Positions 1-8,851 of a stretch of DNA of 64,000 nt are shown one piece after another (positions within the stretch are counted from its first letter, which is position 1; every line of letters starts with the position of its first letter). Both the position numbers and the translations under genes were made by a program. The stretch comes from Minisyncoccota bacterium (GTDB lineage: Bacteria; Patescibacteriota; Minisyncoccia; Phycocordibacterales; JABAAK01): NCBI GenBank assembly GCA_965204115.1, contig OZ241963.1:233293-297292 (forward strand). Direction: 5' to 3'. The notes beneath the pieces are model-generated. The model was not told the DNA's origin. It was given only the letters and a program-made list of their open reading frames with translations, and made no database searches.

Positions 1-45
1 GATACACAGCATATCGGGCATGCTGGTGTTGTAATAAACAGTCAT

Positions 46-387
46 TTGGATAACTATAAAATCGTAAAACCGGAAGAGTTAGATAAAAAAATATTGAATA
101 TATGTGAATCAGAAAAGATAATAACTTTCATATTTCTTGCTGATCGTAAATTAACTCAAGAGGTTTTTTGTGAATATATTCATAAAACAATAGCAGGTTA
201 TGTTGAGAAGGTACCAAACGAATTGCATGGAACAAGTATTCCATTAAAAATTGATAAATACGATTCGCTCTTTGCTGTTTCACTGCCATGGAATGAGATG
301 CCGGAAACACCAGTATTTGGTTCTATGACATCTATCTCGATTGACGGATCGCAATTGATGCTGGGAATAAAAAGAAAAACGACTTAA
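46..387 (+). CDS. hypothetical protein (113 aa), first gene of the AT-rich island
   Basis: Intact ORF in the track; AT-rich codon usage matches the neighbouring genes; no recognisable motif. Confidence 0.35.
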   Translation: MDNYKIVKPEELDKKILNICESEKIITFIFLADRKLTQEVFCEYIHKTIAGYVEKVPNELHGTSIPLKIDKYDSLFAVSLPWNEMPETPVFGSMTSISIDGSQLMLGIKRKTT

Positions 388-444
388 ATAAGGGCAGGGA
401 AGGATAAGATAAGTACTGTTTGAAAGTTTCTGCAGAGTGATACA

Positions 445-1020
445 ATGAGCATGAGTATGATTAGGGATAAAAAATTAAAAGAAGCGGCGGAGATGGGAGA
501 AGGAATTGCAAGGGAGTTCAATCCCGAAACAAACATCCCCTTCCCTTTTGAGGAGATAGTAAAAAGGCACAGAGATTTAGAGTTGAGATCTGGAGATTTA
601 AGCAATGCAGGTTCGCCAATTAGTAATGACTTGTCAGGATTAATTTTGTATGACGATAGCGAGAAAAAATTTGTCATTTTGATTGAGGAGAGTAAGCCAA
701 AAAATAGAAAGTATTTCACGATTGCGCATGAATTGGGGCACTATTTCTTGCATAAGGAAGATCTAAAAGAAAAAAGTTTGGTGGTTGATGGAGATGCAAC
801 ACTCTATAGATTGGATAATGGACTGAGTAACATACAAGAATCACAGGCAAATTACTTTGCTGCTTCACTGTTAATGCCGGAGGATAGGGTTAGAAAAGCA
901 TGGAAGGCTTTTAATGAGGATGTCGAAAAATGTGCGGAATTATTTGATGTCTCTCTATCTGCTATGAGTATACGGGTGGATATATTAGACTTGAAGTATG
1001 AGTATGAAGACAGGAGATAA
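445..1020 (+). CDS. ImmA/IrrE-family (COG2856-like) zinc metallopeptidase
   Basis: HEXXH motif in the context FTIAHELGHYFLHKED, typical of ImmA/IrrE peptidases. A TTGAAA-N15-TACAAT promoter-like element overlaps the first ATG, so the real start may be M3 or M5 and the transcript may be leaderless. Confidence 0.55.
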   Translation: MSMSMIRDKKLKEAAEMGEGIAREFNPETNIPFPFEEIVKRHRDLELRSGDLSNAGSPISNDLSGLILYDDSEKKFVILIEESKPKNRKYFTIAHELGHYFLHKEDLKEKSLVVDGDATLYRLDNGLSNIQESQANYFAASLLMPEDRVRKAWKAFNEDVEKCAELFDVSLSAMSIRVDILDLKYEYEDRR

Positions 1021-1357
1021 AACACGCAAAGAACTTATAGACCATTTTCGAGAATTTGGGAAAATGTTTGAAAAGTCAGATGCAGGCTCAGGGAGCTTTG
1101 ACGAGCGAATGCAAGATTTAGGTGTGCAGGAAAAGGAGAGTGTTATAAAGTGGAGGGATAAATTTTCGAAGTTTATGACAAGGTTTTTAATGGCGCAGTA
1201 TTTTTTTATCCTCTTGTTTTTATTTTTGCAAGGATTTAAGATAGCAGGATTTCACTTAGATAACTATATTTTTTATATCCTAATAGGTGGAACTTTGGTA
1301 CAAAGTTATTTTCTAGTTAGAATTATATTTCAATATCTTTTTTCTTCGAAAAAGTAA
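998..1357 (+). CDS. small protein with a C-terminal two-TM hydrophobic region, overlapping the end of the ImmA-like gene
   Basis: ORF overlaps the upstream gene by 23 nt, suggesting translational coupling. The C-terminus YFFILLFLFLQGFKIAGFHLDNYIFYILIGGTLV is strongly hydrophobic. Confidence 0.35.
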   Translation: MSMKTGDKTRKELIDHFREFGKMFEKSDAGSGSFDERMQDLGVQEKESVIKWRDKFSKFMTRFLMAQYFFILLFLFLQGFKIAGFHLDNYIFYILIGGTLVQSYFLVRIIFQYLFSSKK

Positions 1358-1524
1358 TGTGCATCGCATGTCTCACAATACTTTTTCAGACCCAACGCAA
1401 TCCTATCAATGGCACCTGAGAGTATAAACTTCTGCAATCTGCCTGTTTTCGCTTACGCAACACTAGTGAAGTTTGCGAAAACGGCGGATTTCCTTATACG
1501 CACGACCCAATATATTTTTATTGT

Positions 1525-3204
1525 TTAATTTGTATTTCCTCTTTCTTTTAGTCTTTGAAAAAGAAAGCCAAGCACATCGGAATCTAATCTGTGAGGGAAC
1601 ACAGAAAGAAAAAAAGGGATAAATTCAGGAAATCTTTTTATTGAATCTGGAAGTGTTCTGCCATCAGAAGAGTTTGACTCATCAATCAGGTCCTTCCAAC
1701 TTTTTTCTTTTTTAGGGATTTCTGTCCTGCACTCTCCTTTCTCCGATTGCATTAAATAGTAGTCATATTTGTTATCAAAAACAAACTCCTCAAAATATAT
1801 AAATGATATTTCTCTCCATTGGTCAGATATAAAATCTTTTTGATTTAATCGTGCCATCATTTCTATAATAGGTTTTAGATAATGTGAATACTGTTTACTC
1901 TGATGTTCAAAAGGCTCTTGAGGTACGCCAAAAAACCTATTAACTACAAAATTTAAAACAAAATTTAAATCAAAGTATGGAGGAAGTAGTCCAGTTTCGC
2001 TCTCTGCATTTCTACCATTGTATTTAATTATTTCACTTATAGCGTGTTCCACCAAACTAACACCTTCCTCTTTGCTTTCATCAGAACATGTCAACATCAA
2101 CGCAAGAAGTATGAGAGGCAATAATCCTCCTTCGCCATATAAAAATATACTGCCCCTGTATTTATCAATTATGTCTTTTTGTAGAATATCTTTTATTTGA
2201 ATATTTTTTTGACTGATAACTTCAGACACTTTGAGCGAAAATATCATTGATACAGCACCATGATTGCGAAATGGGATTAAGTTTATTTCGGTTTGTGGTA
2301 ACTTAATCTTATCAAAGGTGTCCCCTGAAAGCATGGCAAGTCCCTTGCTTTCCACCTCTAATTCCAATTTTTTTGCTGTACTTAACATGTCCCCCCATAC
2401 AAGGTTATATGATTTTAACCAATATTTTTCTGCAAGATTATATCTATCAACCAAATAAAAAATTAATGAGAGCAATAAGGTCATAACTCTTATCACAGAA
2501 ACATGATTTTCTTTCTCCCTGTATGGTCCGGTGATCATAGTCATATACAAAATTGCAGCGGATACATCTCTTTTTCGTTTTTCTTTTGCCCTTTCCTCAT
2601 TGATGCCAAGTATTTGACATAAGAATGGAAATATCTCTGACAAATCTACAAAACTTGTTCCATCTGCAAAAATTAAATTGCTGAGGGTTTTATATGCCCG
2701 CGCATCTTGAGGTAAAACCTCTACGGCAATTTCTTGGAACCCTTGTAACAAATCTCCTCTTGTAAGAACTCTGAGTGGCGTGTTTTTCCACCTTCCGTTA
2801 TTTAAACCATTTATATCAGCCCTTACGCTATCATCTATATTTCCATTTGTTACTAAAAATGATATGTGCTTCTTGTTTTGATCTATGTTTGGATGAGCAA
2901 TGGGTATTTCAATTAGCACTTCAACTTCTGGCTTAACCTCAGTGCGCCAACGATGCAGATTTATATTTCCACCTTTCAGTTGATATGCACAAGGCGCTCC
3001 ATTAAAGTCAACGGCAACAACATCTTTTCCTTGTTCAAAGTTGGTATTCTTTATTTCATATTTAACAGCATACCCTTGGAATGAAAGCCACTCGCAAAAT
3101 AATGACTGATAGCTGAGTTCGTTTACTGAATCCAGCCAGTGTTCGATAACCCTTTGTAAAAAGGGTTCGTTTGTTTCTTTTTGTTTTACTGTTTTTTTGC
3201 TCAT
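1525..3204 (-). CDS. large hypothetical protein (559 aa) with an N-terminal PD-(D/E)xK nuclease-like motif; last gene of the four-gene defence-like operon
   Basis: N-terminal EWLSFQGYAV ... KDVVAVDFNGAPCAYQLKGG fits the E / hhhD / (E/Q)xK spacing of restriction-endonuclease-fold domains. The remainder has no recognisable motif. Separated by 2 nt from the upstream gene. Confidence 0.4.
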   Translation of the reverse strand: MSKKTVKQKETNEPFLQRVIEHWLDSVNELSYQSLFCEWLSFQGYAVKYEIKNTNFEQGKDVVAVDFNGAPCAYQLKGGNINLHRWRTEVKPEVEVLIEIPIAHPNIDQNKKHISFLVTNGNIDDSVRADINGLNNGRWKNTPLRVLTRGDLLQGFQEIAVEVLPQDARAYKTLSNLIFADGTSFVDLSEIFPFLCQILGINEERAKEKRKRDVSAAILYMTMITGPYREKENHVSVIRVMTLLLSLIFYLVDRYNLAEKYWLKSYNLVWGDMLSTAKKLELEVESKGLAMLSGDTFDKIKLPQTEINLIPFRNHGAVSMIFSLKVSEVISQKNIQIKDILQKDIIDKYRGSIFLYGEGGLLPLILLALMLTCSDESKEEGVSLVEHAISEIIKYNGRNAESETGLLPPYFDLNFVLNFVVNRFFGVPQEPFEHQSKQYSHYLKPIIEMMARLNQKDFISDQWREISFIYFEEFVFDNKYDYYLMQSEKGECRTEIPKKEKSWKDLIDESNSSDGRTLPDSIKRFPEFIPFFLSVFPHRLDSDVLGFLFQRLKERGNTN

Positions 3205-3206
3205 AA

Positions 3207-3809
3207 TTAATCAATAATTTTTCTTGATTTGACATCTGCCATGTGTTCTTCAAATTTTTTATCTAGTATCTCTTCTTTTTTTCTATCAAATTCAGCTTTT
3301 TCCTGAGGTGTTTGTTTCTTTTCTATCTCCATAAGCCTCTTAGAGACGGTTGGGTGTACAATTAATGACTGTTCGGATGGTTTATTCCTGTCGTCATTGT
3401 GAAAATAAATTTTTACATTTTCCATTCCCTTAAGGATGATGTCTGGACCAACCTCTGAAACATTTACTATGTTTCCGCTGTCAGCCATACTCTTTGCTAT
3501 CGCCTGGATCGCATCTCCCTCAATTTGATTTGCCACATCTGCAGACATGTCGGAAAACATGGTAAGTACATCCTCTGAAGACATATTTCTCATTTGCTTA
3601 GAGGAAATTGACATCTTGGATGAAGCTTCGTTTAGGTGTTCTACACTGTGTGTTCCATCCTCATATAAAACTCCCGTTTTATCGCCCTCATATAAGGACT
3701 GTTTAGGAACCATTGCGAGCAGAGGAGATTTTGTTTTTATCTCTTGTCTTATTGAAATATCGACGAAAATCCTTAGTTTTTCTTTTGCTTTTGGAAAATC
3801 TGGTATCAT
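3207..3809 (-). CDS. hypothetical protein (200 aa), third gene of the operon
   Basis: Intact AT-rich ORF, 27 nt downstream of the DUF262-HNH gene and 2 nt upstream of the 559-aa gene; no recognisable domain. Confidence 0.4.
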   Translation of the reverse strand: MIPDFPKAKEKLRIFVDISIRQEIKTKSPLLAMVPKQSLYEGDKTGVLYEDGTHSVEHLNEASSKMSISSKQMRNMSSEDVLTMFSDMSADVANQIEGDAIQAIAKSMADSGNIVNVSEVGPDIILKGMENVKIYFHNDDRNKPSEQSLIVHPTVSKRLMEIEKKQTPQEKAEFDRKKEEILDKKFEEHMADVKSRKIID

Positions 3810-3836
3810 TCTTGTATTTTACCATCTAACTATACT

Positions 3837-4928
3837 TTATTTTCCAGATTTTCTTCGATTACATTCTTTATATAACATCTGACAGTTTTCTGCGACTGTT
3901 TTACCGCCTTCATGCCAAGGGGTGATGTGGTCGGCTTCCATGTCTTCAATTTCAAAATGCTCTTCACACACCGGGCAGATACCTTTTTGTCTTTCGTATG
4001 CTTCACGCTTCATATTGGGAGTAAAGGCACGGATTGAAAGAGATTTCTCTTGGCGAGTTAAAACATATGGGTAGATGCCTGATTTATCCGTGACATCTTC
4101 ATCTTGCATGAGTCTGGTAATTTCGGTTTCCAATTTTTCGGCATTCAGTTTTTTATCTTTGAATTGGTTGTACAAATCGCCCCATTTTACACCTTTCATT
4201 TCATTACGATAGTTAGTGAAAACCTTGCGCACCCATGTAATGACACTTTGAAAATAATCCCAGAGTTCATTTGCATTATTATCATGCTGGTGTTTTGCCA
4301 TATAGTCTGCGACCTCCCCATCATTGATCCACAAAAGAGCGGTTTCCAAGTACTCTTGCCTGATGGGTGAACCTTTTATGAGTGACCCTCCATCATTTGC
4401 TAAAAGATACGCTGCACAACCTGTTTTACTGAATTTTAATTTTGCGTCAGAGAGCCATGGGCCGGTGTAGACCGCGTTTCTGATCTCTTGATCCGTTAAT
4501 TTTTCGCCTGCGATATTAATGGTAAAGAACCAATCCAAACGCTCTTTGTCTGTGCCTTCACAAAAGTAAATCATAAGTTCGTAGTCAAGAATCTGTTTCT
4601 GCTCTTCGGCAGTGAGATTGTGAAAAAAGCGGTCGTTGAGCAAGAAGTCACCATTTACATACTGTCCGATACTGATGGTACGCTGCTGTCCGTCCAACAT
4701 TTCATAGGTGCCATCTCCCTTAACCATCCAGTACATCACATTAAGGGGGAAATTTTGTTTGACGGTCTCAATAACCGCATTGCGCTGTTTGTCGTCATAG
4801 ACAAACTCTCTCTGGTATTTTGGACGAACATCCAATTTGCCATCATAGGCAACAACGCCTTCTTCTTTACTATCTTTATACCCTTTAACCACATCACGAA
4901 CTTTGATTTTCTCTAAGTCAATTTTCAT
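3837..4928 (-). CDS. DUF262 (GmrS/ParB-like NTPase) + C-terminal HNH nuclease fusion; GmrSD-like / type IV restriction-like protein
   Basis: DUF262 signatures KYQREFVY and DGQQRT. C-terminal HNH: CPVCEEHF...DHITPWHEGGKTVAENCQMLYKECNRRK. Confidence 0.7.
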   Translation of the reverse strand: MKIDLEKIKVRDVVKGYKDSKEEGVVAYDGKLDVRPKYQREFVYDDKQRNAVIETVKQNFPLNVMYWMVKGDGTYEMLDGQQRTISIGQYVNGDFLLNDRFFHNLTAEEQKQILDYELMIYFCEGTDKERLDWFFTINIAGEKLTDQEIRNAVYTGPWLSDAKLKFSKTGCAAYLLANDGGSLIKGSPIRQEYLETALLWINDGEVADYMAKHQHDNNANELWDYFQSVITWVRKVFTNYRNEMKGVKWGDLYNQFKDKKLNAEKLETEITRLMQDEDVTDKSGIYPYVLTRQEKSLSIRAFTPNMKREAYERQKGICPVCEEHFEIEDMEADHITPWHEGGKTVAENCQMLYKECNRRKSGK

Positions 4929-4929
4929 A

Positions 4930-5979
4930 CTATTTTTTGTTTTTGATTAAGATACGCTTAAACTTCTTTTTTCCACTGATGTAAATTGCATTTGCAAACG
5001 AATATACACCGTCCGCTCCAACCGATCCTACATGACCAATGATTTCAAATTGTTTGGGGTTGTATTTGTCCACAAAGGTTACAGGCACACCCATTACACC
5101 ACTATAATCCATCGGGATGTCAGTATATTTGTCTATATTGATTGCATCATAGTTATCATATTTTGGATATTCTTTTGGAGTGTATTTTTTATATAGAGTC
5201 AATTCCTCGTGACGCTTGGCGACATCTAAATTGGTAAACCATAAGATGCTGCCCATACTGAAGTACTTAATACCGTCCTCAACTTTGATTCTGGATTCGG
5301 TTTGAATGTCGTAATCCTCAGGCACTTGAAACCATTTGGTTCCGCCGTTATCGTACCCCAACCATAATCGGTTTTCCTTGATAAACTTAAAAATTTCTTT
5401 GTAAGTAATGGCGTTTTGATTCCCTAGGATCAAAAATTCCTTTTGGTGTTCCATTAGTTGTGCAACATAGTCTCGAAAAAGCGAAAACGGTGGATTGGTT
5501 ACCACTATATCTGCCTGTTTAAGCAGGCTGATACACTCATCGCTGCGAAAATCTCCATCACCTTTAAGCGGTGTGGCAACATTGGCGTCTTGTCTTAGTA
5601 ATTGCTTAACATCTCCTAAACTAACCGCTCCGTCATTATTGAGGTCTTTAACTTCGTTAATCTCAATTCTAAATGGCTCTTTTCCTTCTGGCTTCAATCC
5701 TTCTATCTCAACGAGTGGTAATTGCCCGCCAGCAATTGGTGATCTTATGTAGCTTGTGGCAATGAGTTTTTTAAGTCCTAAGGCATTAAAACTGGCAGCA
5801 AAATACTTGAAGAAATTACTTTCATAAGGGTCATCGCAGTTACAATATACAACCTTACCGCGGAACTGCTCTTTATAGTGTCTTAGTTCTTTTTCAATGT
5901 CAACAAGTTGAGTGTAAAACTCATCCTTTTTTGCCTTAGCTGCCTGGTGAAGACCTGTATTGTTCACTTTTGTATCCAT
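4930..5979 (-). CDS. N6-adenine DNA methyltransferase (NPPF catalytic motif IV)
   Basis: IVVTNPPFSLFRDY is motif IV ((D/N)PP(Y/F)) of amino-MTases. N-terminal DEFYTQ and CNCDDPYES resemble the EcoRI-methylase-like adenine MTase family. Stop lies 1 nt before the next gene. Confidence 0.65.
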   Translation of the reverse strand: MDTKVNNTGLHQAAKAKKDEFYTQLVDIEKELRHYKEQFRGKVVYCNCDDPYESNFFKYFAASFNALGLKKLIATSYIRSPIAGGQLPLVEIEGLKPEGKEPFRIEINEVKDLNNDGAVSLGDVKQLLRQDANVATPLKGDGDFRSDECISLLKQADIVVTNPPFSLFRDYVAQLMEHQKEFLILGNQNAITYKEIFKFIKENRLWLGYDNGGTKWFQVPEDYDIQTESRIKVEDGIKYFSMGSILWFTNLDVAKRHEELTLYKKYTPKEYPKYDNYDAINIDKYTDIPMDYSGVMGVPVTFVDKYNPKQFEIIGHVGSVGADGVYSFANAIYISGKKKFKRILIKNKK

Positions 5980-6175
5980 ACATTAATATGGTACATTGCT
6001 TTTACTTGTTTTTATTATTCCGCATTGAACATATAAAGCAGTAGCGCCCCTTGTGGGGCCTGGTTCGTATTTGGGAGCATGAATTAAAAGGAGACGGCAA
6101 AACCGCCACAAGAAAAATCTAAAAGTTTTTCAAGTATTAGCTGCTTATTCACCCTCACATTATTTGTTCAAGTCT

Positions 6176-6772
6176 TTACCTTTCTGGCGGACGAGGATGC
6201 AAACTACTTACAGGTATGTTTTTTTCTCCCAGTACGACATCCCTTAATCCTATTGCCATTATCACAGCAAATTGCTCAACCTCCCTTCCTTCACTAAACA
6301 GGTATTCTTTTATTTTCTTTAACTCGGGTGAAGCGTCATTTTTACTTTTTAATATTTCTTTCACAATATCTTTTGATTTTTCCTGTATATCAAAAGCACC
6401 GTCAACATTTTTAAACTTTTCTATCAGGATGTCCTTATTTTTTTTAATGTAGTCTTCAGCACCACTGTTACGAAAAGTTTCCTTTCCAACATCAGTGAGG
6501 GACAGAGGGCTTTGGGTTGCAACTTCTTGCCTTCCTTTCATTTGATTTAACTCTTTTGAGTTTTCTTTTACATCATCCTCAAGGGTTTTTATTTTTTTGT
6601 CCGCATTTTCCAAATTTGTCTCAAGTACACTTAATTTTACTTTCATTGTTACTAACGCAACAACAAGTGCTATAGCTGCAGACACTCCGAGGTCAATAAG
6701 CGAAGGCAGAGAGTTGGTATTACTGGCAGCAGATTCAGAGGTAGATTGAGCTATTACTTCAATAGGAATCAT
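6176..6772 (-). CDS. membrane-anchored coiled-coil protein, hypothetical
   Basis: N-terminal TM helix (LGVSAAIALVVALVTM) followed by a K/E-rich heptad-like sequence. Confidence 0.35.
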   Translation of the reverse strand: MIPIEVIAQSTSESAASNTNSLPSLIDLGVSAAIALVVALVTMKVKLSVLETNLENADKKIKTLEDDVKENSKELNQMKGRQEVATQSPLSLTDVGKETFRNSGAEDYIKKNKDILIEKFKNVDGAFDIQEKSKDIVKEILKSKNDASPELKKIKEYLFSEGREVEQFAVIMAIGLRDVVLGEKNIPVSSLHPRPPER

Positions 6773-6983
6773 ATGTTCAGTTTAACATAAACCAATTGAT
6801 TATACAAGAATATGTGGACACTGGTGACATGATTGATATGTTGAGTACATGATGCTGGATAACCTATAAATGGCGGGTTAATTAAAGTCTATATTTCTGC
6901 TACCCTGTTGCACGGAGCGGAGCGGAGATGGTGCAGTGTTTGTGTACACAATCGCTGCACTGTTTTGAATGGGCGAGGAGGGT

Positions 6984-7673
6984 TTATAAAATAGATGTAA
7001 ATAGGTTGTGGTATTTATCAAGATAGTGAGACAATTCTTTTCTCTTGTACTGCATGATGTAGCGTGGGTGTTCTAATGAATGCACCCTGTTGAACCATTT
7101 GTACTCTTCATTCAGTTCGGTAAAAAATTTATAATTTTTTCCGGATCCGAGAATGATGACGGCATCACTTCTGACACCACATTCAAACTGTGCAAGCAGT
7201 GAATTGACAATAAACGGCTTAAGCATTGTCTGCATTTCTATGCTGTCATAGTAATTATAGTTCTTGCCATGCTGTGTGAAGCCAATTGGCGACACTGCGG
7301 TGAGAAAAAAATTGCTGTAAAATGTTTCTGCTCCTCCGAATTTTTCAATAAAGGTGTACAGGAACTTTGATGAGAGTTCACGACGCTCCTTAAATGTGTT
7401 TGGAATATCACAGTGCTCAGAGAGTGCGATTGGATCGGTGAAAGGGATTCCGGTAACACCTGATCCGAATCTCCCCGGGTTAATACCCAGAACAAAAACC
7501 CTTTCATTGGTATCGTAAAAATACTTTTTTAAAAACATCTTTACATACTTAAAAATTTCCCCATCTTTATGCGGCTCTATTGCTTCAACACCACTTATCG
7601 TGATTTCAGGGACACATACATTTTCGAAGAAGTCAATAATTTTGTCATAGAAAGTTTTTTGGCTTGATAACAT
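6984..7673 (-). CDS. uracil-DNA glycosylase superfamily protein, SMUG-like
   Basis: LGINPGRFGSGVTGIPFTDP closely matches the SMUG1 catalytic motif GMNPGPFGMAQTGVPFGE. A second His-containing motif (HPRY) lies near the C-terminus. Confidence 0.55.
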   Translation of the reverse strand: MLSSQKTFYDKIIDFFENVCVPEITISGVEAIEPHKDGEIFKYVKMFLKKYFYDTNERVFVLGINPGRFGSGVTGIPFTDPIALSEHCDIPNTFKERRELSSKFLYTFIEKFGGAETFYSNFFLTAVSPIGFTQHGKNYNYYDSIEMQTMLKPFIVNSLLAQFECGVRSDAVIILGSGKNYKFFTELNEEYKWFNRVHSLEHPRYIMQYKRKELSHYLDKYHNLFTSIL

Positions 7674-7837
7674 GTCATTCCTCCGTGTTCACAATGATCA
7701 AGTGTTTTATAGCAAAAACACTCCACACCTCATTTTATCACACAGATAAATCTTTCAGAGAGACGGTTTGTCCAACTTGTTTACCTATTCCCTAAAACAT
7801 AACAAGGGGCAGCCGATGGCTGCCCCCATAAATTTGT

Positions 7838-8230
7838 TTATGCTTCTACACCTTCATCATCTTCGGACGACTCATCCTGCTCATCATATCCTACTTTCCA
7901 TAGAGAAAATATCCAGGGAAGGAATAAAAATATCATTATTATGTGAATATAGTAGGCACCATACTTACTCATTTCATGAAGGCCTCTCGGATCAAGCGAT
8001 TCGCCAGACATGTCAATGAATATCACAGGAGGTAATCCGAAAACTATAATCACATAATGCAGTGCTAACGGTATCCAAGATATGACAAGGAAATGATTAA
8101 TCAGCCATCCAGCAAAACGACCGAGTTTGGAGGACGGGTATCTTGATGTCGTGATAGCATAGCATGCAACACCGACCGCAAACAAGATGTACAACTCTTG
8201 TGGTGCAAAGTGGTACTTCACACTTTCCAT
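7838..8230 (-). CDS. integral membrane protein, hypothetical (130 aa)
   Basis: Multiple hydrophobic helices with an acidic C-terminal tail. Confidence 0.35.
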   Translation of the reverse strand: MESVKYHFAPQELYILFAVGVACYAITTSRYPSSKLGRFAGWLINHFLVISWIPLALHYVIIVFGLPPVIFIDMSGESLDPRGLHEMSKYGAYYIHIIMIFLFLPWIFSLWKVGYDEQDESSEDDEGVEA

Positions 8231-8232
8231 AA

Positions 8233-8430
8233 TTAAATACCCTTACCTTTTTTGAAAAAACGCTCATAGATCCATTCGACAAAGGGATCGTTTGCAGCCA
8301 TGATTGTCACGACAACGCATGACAATACAAATATTCCTCCAATCGTATTTGTAACTGGCAAAATAAACAAAAGCACTATTACACAAGGTACCCCAATAAA
8401 TACATATGTCATCCATTTAAAGCGCTTCAT
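8233..8430 (-). CDS. small membrane protein, hypothetical (65 aa)
   Basis: Two hydrophobic helices; 2 nt upstream of the 7838..8230 gene, operon-like. Confidence 0.3.
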   Translation of the reverse strand: MKRFKWMTYVFIGVPCVIVLLFILPVTNTIGGIFVLSCVVVTIMAANDPFVEWIYERFFKKGKGI

Positions 8431-8619
8431 TGGATAATACCTCCTTTTAAGAGATTAAATGTAGTACATAGAAATGAACATACTAGTAATAGTATACACT
8501 GTTATGCTAAAATGCCTTATTTTGTCATATTATGAATCTGTCAGAGAAAAAGATTGGCTGATTTTTCAGGACATCATTTTTTATTATGAGATAGTGGTAT
8601 ATACTATACTTTGTCTATT

Positions 8620-8691
8620 GGCCCCATCGTCTAGCGGCTAGGACGCCGCCCTTTCACGGCGGAAACCGGGGTTCGATTCCCCGTGGGGTCA
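8620..8691 (+). tRNA. tRNA-Glu (anticodon TTC)
   Basis: Manual cloverleaf: acceptor GGCCCCA/TGGGGTC, D-arm GTCT-AGCGGCTA-GGAC, anticodon stem CCGCC/GGCGG with loop CTTTCAC, T-arm CGGGG-TTCGATT-CCCCG, discriminator A. CCA is not encoded. Confidence 0.8.
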
Positions 8692-8737
8692 CATTTTGGT
8701 GGTGTTATGGTTATCGTGTTGTACGACACCTACTCTG

Positions 8738-8818
8738 TTCGGTTTCCGCCTACGGCGGTCTGATAGTCAGGTTTTTGTCAAAGCCAAAAACAGGGGGTTC
8801 GATTCCCCGTGGGGTCAC
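8738..8818 (+). pseudogene. tRNA-Glu-derived remnant: near-identical T-arm, 3' acceptor and trailer, anticodon stem with a 3-nt loop, no 5' acceptor
   Basis: GGTTCGATTCCCCGTGGGGTCACATTT.GGTGGTGT at 8671-8720 recurs at 8790-8840. The CCGCC-TAC-GGCGG stem is retained, but there is no D-arm or 5' acceptor strand. Confidence 0.4.
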
Positions 8819-8851
8819 ATTTCGGTGGTGTGGTGGCTGTGGTGTTGCTCA

